A stretch of DNA of 63,228 bases, counting the filler, from Nemertoderma westbladi (taxonomy: Eukaryota > Animalia > Xenacoelomorpha): assembly GCA_032718475.1 (NCBI GenBank). It is 3 parts of 3 records of this genome, joined end to end, with 100 filler letters (N's around TTAATTAATTAA, not from the genome) between each part and the next. Parts side by side here need not be neighbours in the genome. Positions count along the whole stretch, not along the records: positions 1 to 27,920 come from JAUCBJ010006394.1; positions 28,021 to 53,617 come from JAUCBJ010004642.1; 1 more part is not named here. One strand, given 5' to 3'. Positions 24,152 to 37,547 of the stretch are shown here, piece by piece. The notes below the pieces were generated by a model that saw nothing but the letters and a program-made list of their open reading frames with translations, was not told where the DNA came from and ran no database searches. How positions within the stretch are numbered: position 1 is the first letter of the stretch; each line of letters starts with the position of its first letter. Both the position numbers and the translations under genes were made by a program.

Positions 24152-25211
24152 GGTACATCACTGACTGCGACAACTTTTAGCAAAGGACTACTATCAGTAG
24201 GCCTATACACTATACCAGTATACCAGTACAGCAGTATATGGCTGTATGGCAGTATGGTATACAGTCTGACCGTTTATTTTTAAATTAGATATAAAGCGGT
24301 AGGCTATTGCCAGTGGTTCCATTTAAATAATAATAAATATAAATTACCATAAGCAAAGTATAGCATATAGGTAAGTAATAGGGGTCTACACTGGCTGAAT
24401 ATTGTAATGAAACGCTGAATTTGGTGAACGTTTTCGCCCTACCGGGCTACGTCAGACCTATTATATTAATAAAGTATAGTGGAGTAATTAAATTCAATTC
24501 GAAATTCCCGCCACCTAAATAAAGCACTAATTGAATAGATAGTTCTAAGTAAGTCCTGTATGTAATATTATATAAACAAAGTCAAAAACAAAGTCAAAAA
24601 AACAAAAGTCTCCAGAATAAAATAGATTTTTATCCAAACTTACATAAAGTAAAAAGCTAATCGTGTCTCTAAGTAACTCTCGTACTATTATTATAAAAAC
24701 AAAAACCCCAAAACGCTCAGTTTCTACTCAGTATAACAAGTAAGGTAATATACAGCAAAACACACATTAGCAACCCCCATATGTCTGTATGTGTAATATC
24801 CATTCCCTCCAAAACACAAATTCCAAAAGTATATATAGTCCAACATATGCAATATAAAATATATTATCTATATAAAAATATAGTCCAACAGTAGTGAACC
24901 ATAAAACAGCTCAAAGCAATCCTTAGTTAATTAAGATAAAACTATAGCATCTACTGTATAGATTATAGTTAGGTTAATGAATAAGTGCGCTGTGAATAAT
25001 AAGTGAATAATGAAAATATGCGCGCTGCTCGTTAAGTAAGGTAGGTTAATGAATAAGTCTAACTGTAGATTATGCAATGTATAAGTTTAAGTGAAAAATA
25101 AGTAATATATTGAAAATAATGCATAAAACAACAGATTAAGACAAACCAAAAACATTCAATATGCGCGCTGCTCGTTAAGTAAGTTAGATTAAAGTTAGGT
25201 TAATGAATAGT

Positions 25212-26560
25212 TTATTTTTAAGAAGGGCAACGCTTCAGACCCGTACAACTACCGTACCGCCCGGTATCTCTAACCTGTATATCATGTAAAATTATGGAAA
25301 CATGTATAATAATGGAATTGATTGATTACTTAATGCAGCATAAATTAATTACTAACTTAAATGGTTTTCTGAAGGGCCGCTCGACTGGTACGCAGTTATT
25401 AGAGTGCATTAATGATTGGAGAAATTTATCTGATAAGAAACACCCCTTTGATATTATTTACATAGATTTTGCTAAGGTATTTGATCGCGTAGTACATACA
25501 AAGTTATTGTGCAAGCTCGCGGGGTATGGTATTGCAGGTAACCTTCTTGCATGGCTGGAAGCATTCCTGTCAAACCGCACCCAACGAGTACTTATGGTAA
25601 TTGTTACTCAGATTATCGTGACGTCACTTCCGGCACACCCCAAGGAAGCGTAATTGGGCCTATTTTATTTGTTATCTTTATTAACGATTTACCAGAGCTA
25701 TTTGATAATGTTACATGAAAACTATATGCCGATGACGTTAAGGTTTATGGTGTTTCTTCCACACATTTATCATTAAGTGGTGCATTAAATATACTTGAGT
25801 CTTGGAGTGAACGGTGGCAGCTTACCTTGGCCAGCCACAAGTGTCAAGTAATGTACTGTACGTGGGTTTAAAAAACCCGGTGCATCCGTATTATTTAAAT
25901 AATGTTCAGTTGAATAAGTTAGATAATTTCAAAGATTTAGGTGTAACAATGTGCCCTGACTTGAAGTTTTACGTTTATTGTAGAGACAGTCAGCCAAGGC
26001 ATGTAAGATTATTAACATGATTTTTCATCGTTGCTTCCATACAGCAAATAAATCTGCACTCCTATTGGCATACAAATCATACGTATCAGACCTCTGTTAG
26101 AGTACAATACACAATACCTTTGTTTGGTCGCCCTACCTAAAGAATGCAATAGACATGGTAGAACGTGTCCAACCATATTTTACTCGCAGATTGTTTGCTC
26201 GATGTAAGCTGCCCTACACGAATTACTTAGATAGATTGATATGATAAAATTTACAACCACTAGAAGTTAGGCGTATTGTAAATGATTTGAAGATGCTATT
26301 TAAAATTGAGAGGGGTTTGATTGATTTGATTTGATTGGTTTGATTTCGAAAGTTTTTTCATGTATTGTAGAAGATCCGGGGTCAGAGGACACTCGCATCA
26401 ATTGTTTGTTTCCCAGTCCAGATCAATCATCTCCAAATTCTCTTTTACAAACAGGGTTGTACCCATCTGGAACTCACTGCCGGATAACGTCGTTGATTCT
26501 TTAACTGTAAATAGTTTTATTGCGAATTTATCTACTGTAGATTTGTTTCCCTTCTATTAA
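25212..26560 (+). mobile_element. 5'-truncated, degraded CR1/L2-group LINE (reverse transcriptase 3' half)
   Basis: FKKG..DP.NYRPVSLTCISCKIME, IYIDFAKVFDRVVH, YADD (~25724-25735), KDLGV, RGHSHQL, FTNRVVPIWNSLP; many stops and frameshifts. Confidence 0.9.
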
Positions 26561-26799
26561 TTTTCATAGATTTTTAATATAGTCTCCCTTCTGTAATTTT
26601 CAAATATTTTTAATATAGTCTCCATAGTATAGAGGCCCCCATAAGTGCAGCTTGCCTGGGCAGCTGGGTGGTCTTCCCCTCTTATTTTTAAATTTCGTAA
26701 GTTCGTTTCTTTTTTAATTAATTTGTGGTTCCATATAACTATTATACTGTACTCTGTATACAAATAGTTTTGTTCTTCGAATTCAATTTATTTTGTGAT

Positions 26800-27920
26800 T
26801 GTACGCGCTTTTAAAGACCTTTAGCAGTTTAACCTGCCAAAATTTATATGTCTTTTGGTTTATAAATAGACTTTAGAAGATGACAAATATTTAATACCAA
26901 TAAACACAACATTAGCAGAAGCCAGCCTAGTGCGCGTCCATTCACCCGCTGGATATACCCGGGAGACTGGATTCTGAGGGCTTAGATTATTATTGCAGTG
27001 TAAGCTTACTGTATTATTCGATTGATCGTTAATAAATAATTTCTGACCAATATTATTAACTTTCGGGAAATATTAACAGTTCCTTTAGGACGTGGCGCTC
27101 TATCTAGGTAAACAGAGATATGACTTATTGTTCGCGCTTTCAGACCTTTGGCAGTTTAACCCACCAAATTAAGATGTCTTCTAGATATTAAATCGGTTTT
27201 TAGTCTATGACAAGTATTTGATTCACTACACTAGTCGAAACCAATCCGTGCGCGACCATTCACCCGCTGGAGATTCCCGGGAGATTGGGTTCGACGGTTT
27301 AATTTTATTGCTATGTAAGCCTAATGTATTATTCGACTGACAGTACTATATAATCTCTGACAATATTATTCACCTTCGGTAATATTAACAGTTCCTTTAG
27401 GACGTGGCGCTTTATCTACATAAACAGAGTTATGACTTAAACTACTCACAACGATATGGCTTAATTATAATTCACATATATGGCGCATTCTTTAGGAATT
27501 GCTTCTTTAACAGACTCACTCATACACAATGCTGCACAATACTGCACACTAATCTGCCAATCTTCACGGATTTTAGTCACATATAAAAGGAACACAGACT
27601 GACTCATGTAGGGTCTATCAAATAACATTAGATTCACTTCAAACCACTTTAACATAAGTCACAATCGTTTATCTGTAACCCTTCTCTCTTACCTTCGGTA
27701 TATCAAGAATATTGGGTTTCGGGGTTATTTATCGTTATTCCAAATATAATTATTCATCCACCATATTATGAAGAACTGACAGTAAATAGCAGTATAAAAC
27801 AACAACTGAACACTGATTGTTATGAGTTTGCAATGTTTCAGCAGTCAGGATGTATGATCAGTCAGCAGTAGTCGTTAGTTAAAGGATATATGCCCTTTAT
27901 AATTAAACCTACTAGTGTAA
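26800..27920 (-). mobile_element. Diverged antisense LTR of the same BEL/Pao family with two tandem versions of the terminal ~310-bp unit
   Basis: Reverse complement shares gcgccacgtcctaaaggaactgttaatatt and ggttaaactgc(t/c)aaaggtct with the LTR; units at ~26800-27128 and ~27129-27438; homology continues to the gap. Confidence 0.85.
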
Positions 27921-28020
27921 NNNNNNNNNNNNNNNNNNNNNNNNNNNNNNNNNNNNNNNNNNNNTTAATTAATTAANNNNNNNNNNNNNNNNNNNNNNNN
28001 NNNNNNNNNNNNNNNNNNNN
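27921..28020. other. Assembly gap with artificial all-frame-stop linker
   Basis: 44 N + TTAATTAATTAA + 44 N; same design as 53618-53717. Confidence 0.97.
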
Positions 28021-30670
28021 CGTGACTTGATATATATTTTATGAATATAATCTATAATTCGGCGCGACTGATTTCGTAATCTTATTTAATAAAGGACAAC
28101 GTCAGTCTTTTTTTCTAACCTACAATGAAATAAAGTTATTTTATATTATAAATATGAAACCTATATTATGCACTTTATCAAAACCATGTATAATAGTGTT
28201 GTGGCAGTGTCCTCAAGAATTGATTAAATTTTCCGCTGTGGGCGATGCGAAAATTGTTGGAACTCCAAAAACGGTACACCGCTTCGGTTAGAAGCACATT
28301 TATCTCAATAAGAAAATTTCGATTGCCACGTCCATTTTTCTGCCATCAAAAATAGCACATCGATCAATTTATAGAGCCTAAATTTTCTAAAAATGCATCT
28401 CAGAAAAACCGAAAATAGCAATGTTAAAAACAATATTACACCAAAAATTAGAAAATGTAAAACCAACTTTAGATTTTAGTTTAGATTTTTGCACCGCTCT
28501 TAATCTTTGGTGCCCATTCTTGAAGTACTGTACTTCTTCCAATAGATAACTGGAACTGCGTCCTCGGAAACCCATATACATTCCATTTACCAAAATCAAG
28601 TGAAGATTCGTGGAAAAATTTGCAATTTAGCCCTTGAACATCCTTTTTACTTTGTTTGAAAATTGTCGTAAATGGTTTTAAATAATTTTTAAGTTGTATG
28701 GCTTTGAAATGTTGAACGGTATATAGTATACCCATATTGGCCAACAACTCTGAAGGTTATCGCATGCACGCAAGGTTGCAAAAATATATTGGGTTAATAT
28801 TACCATTATGTATTGTATTAAGTTGACACACTATAATGTAACGAACGGTAAATGTTAAAAATTTTATTTTAACAATCGAAAATATAAAAAATATGTAATA
28901 TAAACAATTTAAATCTAAAGGTCTAGCCGCGGTGTAATTTATCGCAAATAAAACGAATTGGAATTTATACATATTGGCGAATTCAATTTCATCACCTCAA
29001 AACTAAATATTGTTGCGCTCATCTTCTTGAATGATGTAGGAGTTTGACGTTGCCGACAGAAAGGTTGTTTTACATTTTTCGCTTCATTTGTAAGCTAAAC
29101 TGGTCTTAGGAGAGATTGTGGGGGGGGGGGGGGGCTACTCATCCCCAGATTACTCTTAATAATCTAACAAGGCGAAACGAACAAACTCACGGTAATAGCG
29201 TGCTACAGAACCGAGAGTAATCCCAATGAAAGAAACTCAATTTAACTTGAGTGAGCCATTTATACTGAAGCGAATTCCATTTACGGTCGACCTACTGGCC
29301 CAAACATAAAGTGCCCAACCCCTTACAGATACAGTCCTCTCCCCGGGTGTAATCCACCGCCTTTACCTCCAACCTGGGTTACTTTGGTCTCGAGGGGACC
29401 AACACTGTCCCTAACTCACTGGCCTCGCCTACGGTACCACACGCGCCTACAATAATGAGTGGACTAATTCGATTGAGACTTTTCCAAGAGTTTGAGTTTG
29501 GTTGCCTACAGTTACAGGATATTGGTGAGGAAAACTAAACTAAGGCGCGTGAAAAGGGTGTTTAATGCTAAGGTTACTAGCTAAACTCTTATGAAATTGG
29601 AAAATCTGAACGGATGACATTAACTACTTCATTTGAAATGAATTATAAAAAATATAAATCTACTACAATGCATGGTAAAACCGCACATGTGGCGAGTCAG
29701 CGAACTGTTATTAATTAATATTAAACTACAGTCGTTTTCCAACGGGGCGTGTGGGGGTGTGTGAGATAGAAGCCTTGCATAACTGTGGGATCGGAAGTCA
29801 ATATAACTAGCCAGTAGCCATAAAGCCATAGTACAGTATAATGGTAATCTTTAGATGGCCGCTTACTGTTATACAGAACTAAGGCCCCACATGTAATATT
29901 GTACATATTATTATGACTTTATCGGCTGTATAACTTTGGTATACCTTTACTATAAACGCTGCAAGGAAGTGTGAAACTATCCTGCCTAGAATAGTCAACT
30001 ATACTCGTCTCAATTACAAGCATCGTTGCGCTCGGCCTGTTTTGTTTGAAAATATTCTTCCAAAACTTAGACTGACAACCTTTATAACTATACAAAGACT
30101 CGAAACTGTGCGAGTAAAGGCTGATTAGCCTATAATACTAGACAGGTTCGTAATAAGATATTTTTTTAAATCTTTTCTTTAAATAATTTTATCTAAAAAA
30201 AAATCCAGTATAAATGAAAATACGAAAACAAAAAGAAACAGGTTTGAAAAATAATTAAATCGCAATTTTGCAAAATGATATTCCCATTTAACCGCATTAG
30301 CGTGCTGTGAAAAGTACAGACAGTTACAAGCAGTTACGCATTCCCGTATTAAAATGTTTTTGGATAAAACAAGATATTATATTTTTATTAAATCCGTTGA
30401 CGAATAACATAAAGACACGTATAAGATAACTTACTACTAAACTGCAACATATTGAGGCTACCGTTTGATTGATATAAAAGGAATAAACACTGAAAATGGT
30501 AGCCTATTATTCCCGTTTTAAAAGATCAGTCAGACGACAAAGATTCCCTTAACAGTTTTGTAATAATCAAGAAGTTTTAGGGATTTGAACGACGGCTCAC
30601 AAAATGAGTCAGGTCCCACCATATTTAACTTATCTGCACTCAGTTAATTAATCCGCGAAATCATAACTTC

Positions 30671-31816
30671 TCAATGAGCCATTAATTCAGTGCCCAACTC
30701 TTCCACCGATGGCTCGTAGGCCTGATCCGATGGGGTGACAACGACCCCCTCCCAGATACTCATATCTTTATCAACATTACTCGCTCCCACCAACCCGAGC
30801 ACATGCGGGTCCCCGCCGTGCGTCAGCACCCGCAGAAGCGTCTGCGCCGTGTAGCAGACGAGATCCTGCTCCTCCAGACTGAGATCCTGGTGGACACGCT
30901 TCTGGCCGTATTCGCAGGGATCCACGATCCCAAGCGATCCGGGAAGGAAAATTCCCGAGGAGAGTAGTTGTAGAACCCGTCTGTAGGCCGCGTTTATAGG
31001 GAGTGGATCCCCTGAGGGTGTGTTCATTACCGAGTAGTGAGCGAGTAGATCCAACATCCAAACGTGGATCGGCTGCAAACCCGAGAACCGACGCTGTAAA
31101 TCCTTTAACAGACGCACGAGAACCTTGATCGCGGAGTGGCTGGCGTACTCCTCGAACCATTTAGTGTGTCGAACCATCGCCAAGTTCATCTGGAGCCCTT
31201 TAAACGGGAGATGTAACTCCGGATCGAGTTGACGTAGATTGGGTGGGATTGTTGCTATGAGCAACCGGACACACGCCGACGGAGACTTTACCAGAACGCC
31301 ATCCTCTCCCGGAATAAGTGTGAGAACCTCTTTATTGTCCGCATCCTTCATGTTCTCTACGATTTTCTGTCCGAGACTCGCGACCGCCTGTATCGTAGGT
31401 AAACTCTTTAGTATAACGACTAAATCCGCAGTGTTACTCCCTGCCATCATCGTACCTTTCTTAAACGAACCAACCTGCTTCACCTCATCGATAGTAACCT
31501 CAAACTTATCGGGTGGAGCCACTATCAACGCCTCCACGGCGCTCTGTACCTTGGCTACCAGGTTCAGCACAGACGTCTGTTCCTCGGGGGTTGGGGTTAA
31601 GTCCTGGGATCGTTTAACTAGCGCCTGCTGGAAGGCCGATTCGTTGGGGGGCTCCCCGACTCGTGTGAAGTGGGACTCTTGCACCTGGACCATGTCGAAG
31701 GGTTGATGGACCACTAGCGGTTTCGGGGGTTTGTGTTGGAAGTTGGGGCCCGCACCCCCGCGGTTCCCACGCCCGCGGTGGTTACTATGGAAAATACCTC
31801 GACCACGTCCGCCCAT
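30671..31816 (-). CDS. ILF2: Interleukin enhancer-binding factor 2 (NF45), DZF domain, single coding exon, 381 aa
   Basis: N-terminal RG-rich tail, VGSFKKGTMM, ADLVVILKSLPT, TIPPNLRQLDPELHL, GIVDPCE, VCYTAQTLLRVL, WEGVVVTPS match remembered NF45 motifs. Confidence 0.95.
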   Translation of the reverse strand: MGGRGRGIFHSNHRGRGNRGGAGPNFQHKPPKPLVVHQPFDMVQVQESHFTRVGEPPNESAFQQALVKRSQDLTPTPEEQTSVLNLVAKVQSAVEALIVAPPDKFEVTIDEVKQVGSFKKGTMMAGSNTADLVVILKSLPTIQAVASLGQKIVENMKDADNKEVLTLIPGEDGVLVKSPSACVRLLIATIPPNLRQLDPELHLPFKGLQMNLAMVRHTKWFEEYASHSAIKVLVRLLKDLQRRFSGLQPIHVWMLDLLAHYSVMNTPSGDPLPINAAYRRVLQLLSSGIFLPGSLGIVDPCEYGQKRVHQDLSLEEQDLVCYTAQTLLRVLTHGGDPHVLGLVGASNVDKDMSIWEGVVVTPSDQAYEPSVEELGTELMAH

Positions 31817-32335
31817 ACCGACCGCGTATCTTTATCTGTTTATGTTCCGAACAGCCGAAAACAGGAATATGGAATATAAGTAGACTGGGCAGCTATGACT
31901 GTAGGAGAGGATAGGCTACCTACCGAAACTATATACCGGTAGGCCTATACCAGTATACTGCAGTACTGAATACTGATATAGGGTATAGTACTGTCAGACT
32001 GTCACTGTAGTATCAAAAAGTTAAATTGCAACCAGTAAACCTAAAAATGTAAAATCATCTACAGATCTACCGACATGTAGCAAGTCTACTGACTACTAAC
32101 AGTTTGCTGTTGATACCACCATGATATTCCTTCTTTTATTGTATGTATGATACATTTTTATATATGAAAAGCTCTGTATGATTGACTCATACATCGTCAA
32201 CAATTTAAAGAATTCTTCATTTTGAATTTCCCACACGTTTATTTGTAGAACGGAGTACGAATATCAGTAGTGTATCGGAGTATGTAATTAGTGTGTCTTA
32301 CTTGGGGACAGGACAAGTTCACTATGTTTCGCATT

Positions 32336-32348
32336 GTTGCCTAGTAAC
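32336..32348. promoter_or_regulatory. RFX X-box upstream of the lebercilin-like gene
   Basis: GTTGCCTAGTAAC within the palindrome cattgtt...aacaatg, ~175 bp before the ATG of a ciliary gene. Confidence 0.7.
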
Positions 32349-32523
32349 AATGTTGGCAAGATATTTCAATACATAGCTAATATAAAATTAGAGAGTAATA
32401 GAGTTACGAAATTTTATAATCACCATAAATACATTCTAAATTAATTACCATTTATTACTTTGAAAAAATGTAATATAATTGTTTCAAATATTTATAAGAA
32501 TTAATTTCGATTATCAAAACCAG

Positions 32524-34455
32524 ATGATGCCGACTAGAAACACCATCAATGCCAAACCTAATCAATTTTACGAGGTTGAAGTTCCTCAACATATAAAACT
32601 ACATCGTGAAACTCAACGAAATCAAACACAAACCAACGGGACGACCGTTCAAATCCAACAGCGCAGGGCCAATAAACCCACAGCATCTAAACATTACACC
32701 GCAAAGGGAAAACCGCAATCCACAATCACAAACGGTACGCGACCGCGTCTTCCGATTGCAAAAAAAGAAGTTATTGCTGATGACGATAATTATAGCGCCG
32801 ATGGTTTTGAAACAGATGAAGATGAAGTTTACGAGAATCATGAGGAGTTTGCAAAGGGAGATCATGTAATGCCAAATAAACCGTTTATATACGGGGAGCA
32901 CCAACATTTAGTCCATAAAAAAACTACGAGTAAGAGACAGACTGGGACACACAAGCCGCCAACGAGTGTATTACGGACGCCAACCAACGATGGTAACAGT
33001 TTCCAAACGTTACCAATAAATGACAGAAAAGTGAAAAAATTAGAAGATAAACTAACGGAATTCGCATCGACTATAGAACTACTTCAAGAGGAGAATAAAT
33101 TGCTCAAACGGGTGCAACGAAGATATGAACGCGCATTGGATAAGTACGAAGGTGAAGACGGTGATGTTGCTAGAGAATTTAGGGACCACGCTACAGAGGT
33201 AAAAGTGTTAAAAAACCGCGTAAAGATGTATAAGTCGAGAGATGAGGAAACATCGCGTAAGTACATGGAGCAAAATCACGAAATTATACGTCTCAAGGAT
33301 AAGATCATGAAGTTGAAGACTCTTGTTGATAAACATAACTTGGAAGAGCGTGAGACACTGGAATATAATCTCAGTGGACTTGAAAATGAGTTGGAGGTTA
33401 AAGATAAGCAAATATTGGATCTGGAGAAGAAGCTAATTCTTTCGCAGAAAAATTATTTAAGTGAGTGCAGCGGCGTGAGGGGAAAATTACGCCGAGCCGA
33501 GACGGAATGTGATCGTTTATCAACAGATTTAAGAGAGGCTAAATTCCATATCACTGAAAAAGAGAAGGAACTGAGTTTGAAGAATATTTACTCGCAGAGA
33601 ATCTACAAACATCCGGTCGGTTCTGGTTCCGTCCGTGGTGCAACGAATTCTGCAGAAAGTTTATCAGGTCGACAAAGAAATACAACGGTTATTGACAAGT
33701 CGACAATGACGTCGGAAGATATAGAATCGGATAGACAAAATGAAGACGCGTCGGAAAATCGACATAACAATGTCTTTGAAACTTCCACGGAATTAAACAC
33801 AGATATTATAGGTCACGGATCAGCTCATGATGGTAGTGATGATAGCGACAACATCGATGTCACCGAGAAATCTCATGAAATAGTGGATGAAAATCAGACG
33901 CCGAGTCCACAGCAAACTACTAATATAGAAAGTACAATAGATAGACAAGATAGAAGCAGCGAGATTGGAGTAGATTCTAATTACTTACAGACACCCCACG
34001 ACGATAATCCAGAACATGATGAGTTGGAATACCCATCAACATTGAATGTTATAAACAACACCGATGGTCCAGAAAGAGTCAACATTCAAGACGAAAATAC
34101 AAGCATGAATAAATCATTGGAACAACAGGAGCAACTTGACAATCATGTTGATGATAAAGATGAACAGAAGACCAAAGATGAAACAAGGTCTAATGACAAA
34201 GCAGGCGCCAAGGAAACACAAACTGATTTAAATAGTTTTGTTGTAAAAGATGTTAATTCGCAACAAAATGGGATACCTGTAAAAGGTGCAACAAGAGATA
34301 GTGGTGGTGCAAAAGCAAACATTTCTAAAAGAAATAATAAGCAAGAAGACGCAGGGGAATATAAACCATCTTATAATAAACCAATTAGAATGGCAAACTT
34401 AGGACCTCCTCTGCGAAAACAGTATCAAAAAGTAAAAAGCCCTAAAGTATCATAA
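32524..34455 (+). CDS. LCA5: Lebercilin (LCA5/LCA5L)-family ciliary coiled-coil protein, single coding exon
   Basis: EENKLLKRVQRRYERALDKYE...H..EVKVLK...NLEERETL...EKEKELSLKNIYSQR resembles the lebercilin domain; first ATG at 32524. Confidence 0.8.
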   Translation: MMPTRNTINAKPNQFYEVEVPQHIKLHRETQRNQTQTNGTTVQIQQRRANKPTASKHYTAKGKPQSTITNGTRPRLPIAKKEVIADDDNYSADGFETDEDEVYENHEEFAKGDHVMPNKPFIYGEHQHLVHKKTTSKRQTGTHKPPTSVLRTPTNDGNSFQTLPINDRKVKKLEDKLTEFASTIELLQEENKLLKRVQRRYERALDKYEGEDGDVAREFRDHATEVKVLKNRVKMYKSRDEETSRKYMEQNHEIIRLKDKIMKLKTLVDKHNLEERETLEYNLSGLENELEVKDKQILDLEKKLILSQKNYLSECSGVRGKLRRAETECDRLSTDLREAKFHITEKEKELSLKNIYSQRIYKHPVGSGSVRGATNSAESLSGRQRNTTVIDKSTMTSEDIESDRQNEDASENRHNNVFETSTELNTDIIGHGSAHDGSDDSDNIDVTEKSHEIVDENQTPSPQQTTNIESTIDRQDRSSEIGVDSNYLQTPHDDNPEHDELEYPSTLNVINNTDGPERVNIQDENTSMNKSLEQQEQLDNHVDDKDEQKTKDETRSNDKAGAKETQTDLNSFVVKDVNSQQNGIPVKGATRDSGGAKANISKRNNKQEDAGEYKPSYNKPIRMANLGPPLRKQYQKVKSPKVS

Positions 34456-35478
34456 TATCTTTGTGTCAACATACGAAATGTAATGGCGATTATTAATAAC
34501 AAGTAGCAATTTTTTAAAGCTTTTATCATTTGATATAGGTATGCCCAGCAAAATGGTATATTTTCGTCGTTTGGTATTTCCAGTTTGGTCTCATAATTGC
34601 TTGTACGCAAGCCACTGGTAATGGTAATTGCTAGTTTGTTTATAATGAATGTACGAAAAGTGTTTGAAAACTACAAGAAAAGTCAATTGCTAGTTGTTAT
34701 TAAAGGCCGAAATTATAGCGAAAATGTTGTTTAACTTACTGTTTATAAAATAATCTGGTATCTACTGTAGTAATCAACGACAGTTGTTTATGTTTAATGT
34801 GTGAGTTAATATTTTGATAGTACGGTTTTTTTACTTTTTAATTTACTAGTTGGCGTAAATTATTTAATTTAATCCCTAATAAAGTTAATTACCCTGGTTA
34901 AATAATTAATTTATAAATATTTTAAATATTATTGTGATATTATATGTATATTTTGTGTTTGAATGTGTTTATTGGGTGATGTCATAGTGTCAGCCTGCCG
35001 GCATTGCCCTACAGTAGTGCAATCCTCGAAACAATGTGACCACAATCACTCGCTCAGCCATACTGTACATATTCCAGACCGCCTATGTTCCCAAGTCTAA
35101 GGTCCCTGAGCAGCGCAGCAGGCTAAGTTATGTTATATAATACCGCACTACTGTATGTATGTATACCTTACATCCATCCCCATGAATGAAAACAACTACA
35201 GAATACCAATTGAGTCAGTATATTAACTGTAGCGAAAGTACGAAAGTCGTGAATCCTTCTTAGTATTTTGAACATGCGTGGACTTACCACAAGGTTGAAT
35301 AATTTAAAGAAATATAATATGCGTCGGGATTCCTCTATACCTTAGACTTCTGGTGGAAACACCAATAGATACCACTATGTACCTGGGCGTATAGCGGTTC
35401 AATCCATTGCATTGAATTCACATATCTCCTAGGGTCGCGGGTTCGATCCCAGCATGGAGGTCGCCGTTAGGGGAGTTT

Positions 35479-36650
35479 TCATCTGGAAAGGAATGCTTTA
35501 AAGGGACTAGCCACTAGCCAGTGCACATCTCTGGCTTGTATCCTTAAAAGGCAGAGCGTAGCTAAATGGGTACTAGTTTCTGGTGAGTATACATAGCTCT
35601 GTATGCAGTGGAGGATTTGTGCGCAATCGCTGGAGGGAGTCTGTTGTTGAGAGTATGGTTTGAGATGTGTACATTGTACATGACAAAATGAATCCGGCGC
35701 AGCATTCTTGTGAAAGTGCCATCCAGAGATTTGGTATCTTCTGCAGTTAGGGCCGAGCATGGACTCCCATATAAGAGTACTTGTACTACTGCTGTCAGAA
35801 ATAATCGAACCTTAAGGTTCCGTTTTATTATATGAGACTTCCAAATCCTGGATAGACTATTCAATGCTGCCCAGCCCATGCTTTGCCCTTGCGTATCCGA
35901 AGGTCTTCATCTGACTTCCGGAACCATGATCCCAACACCCACATGCTCAAGCAAGCCATCCCTAGAGATTATTCCCTTACGGTCAGGCATTTCTGGAGGG
36001 CTGTCAAGGTTCACTGTCATAATTTTGCTCTTCTTGGAGTTTACAAAAAGACCAACACAAGAAACCACCTGCTACAATGAGCAGAGAAGCCTTTGGGCTA
36101 CCTCTAGTGATTCTGACAGTACCCCTATATCATCAGCAAAGTCTCAGGAAGGTACTTTGCTGGATTTCTCCACTTCTTGTGGGTGTTACCATCACCCCAT
36201 CTAAAGTCTAAGGACATGTGTAGAACATAATAAACCACTTCGAAAAAGAATGGTGCCAGTTTGTCAAATGGTGCCAGAGTGTCACCCTGTAGGATTCCGC
36301 ACAAGACTTCGAATGGATCTGTGTCACTATCATCCGTTGACACAAATGTGGTGGAACCATCATAGAGTCGGATAGCTGTAATAAATTCCTCAAGAATCCC
36401 ACATGCTGGAAGTATGCTAAACATACTTGGTCGGGAGAATGAGTCGAAGGCCTTTAACAAGTCAACAAAGATAATAAATAGCCAGATGTCTGTTTTTTGT
36501 TGATAACTCTTCGAATATCCTTCTAAGTGCCAGAATTAGGCTCAATGGTCACACGACCTTTATTACGGAATCCAGTTTGGTTCTCACGTAACAGTCTTTC
36601 AACAGGATTCCTCATGCGATTTAATATAATTTTGCAGCATTACTTTGTAG
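35479..36650 (-). mobile_element. Degraded RTE-like LINE reverse transcriptase fragment
   Basis: IFVDLLKAFDS, GILQGDTLAP, FADDI (~36127-36141), LKVRLFLTAVVQVLLYG, LDGTFTRMLR; frameshifted. Confidence 0.85.
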
Positions 36651-37094
36651 CAATCGAGATAAACAAGATTCACAAAAAGATCCATAATGTGGACTTGCTT
36701 TTAAAGTCACTCGGGAAAATTAAGAATGAATGCTGATCCACTCCATCAGTAGCTGCTTGTACAGTAGATCGTGGTAGAGACATATTATGGCAAGGTTTCC
36801 TTTTAAGAGTAGGAATATGTTCATCACCATCCATTTCCATCAAGTCATCATAATAATAAAATTGGCACATGCTAGTGACAGTGAAAATCATTCTCAAAGT
36901 GAAAGAAACAGTGGCACGTTATTCTATCCAGAACAATAAACGAATCTCAATGGAACAGATTTAAGTTTAATTTTTGAGAATAATCAGATAATTTTAATTG
37001 ATGCTTTTTATTATCGACTTTCGTGAACCATTCGACTTGAAACAATGTAAATATATTTTCTTTTTGTCGTAAAATTGTTTAATCTCTGCAATAA

Positions 37095-37547
37095 TCTAAT
37101 ATATATAAATCTGCTCAGTTTGTATGTAAATTTGTATGTAAATTTGTATGTATGTATGTATGTCCATCGATACACGTCGTCAGATTTCGCTCTCACTACT
37201 TGCTTTGTGGCTCATTCGATGCGTATTAACACGATGCAGACAGCTGTCACTGTCTCCGGGATTAATTTTATACGTTTGTTTGCGTGAATACGTATTTTGT
37301 GTTCGTTCGGGCGAAATTTATCGAATTATTTCGGTTCTTCTATCGGTAATTAATGATTTAGAGGGGTAACATTTATCCCACCTGGTATAATATTAACATG
37401 GGTAGATTCGCCGTGTCACATTCTCACAAAGTTTTTATTTTATTCGAGTGTTTAATATAAATATGTATGATTATTTATTGATTAAAAATCAAATAGTGTA
37501 TAAATATGTCATATTCGCCAAGCACGATCGAATTGGCCTATTGTTAG
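37095..37547 (+). mobile_element. Short non-autonomous Helitron-like element
   Basis: A|TCTAATATATATAAA start, (GTAT)n microsatellite, GCCAA..TTGGC hairpin then TTAG|T end. Confidence 0.5.

Noticed and set aside
27965-27976. TTAATTAATTAA as a biological motif
   Set aside because: Centred in N runs at both gaps, so an assembly linker; adjacency across gaps is unproven.
28021-30600. Short ORFs and a GC-rich patch at ~29280-29470
   Set aside because: No recognisable domain, termini or second copy within the window.
30777-31706. Antisense ORFs over ILF2 (and similar ones over BICRA, HINFP and gag)
   Set aside because: Shadow frames of GC-rich coding sequence with no recognisable motifs.
35385-35460. 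tRNA gene
   Set aside because: Only a B box (GGTTCGATCCC) with no cloverleaf; at most a SINE remnant. Same for ~50040-50130.
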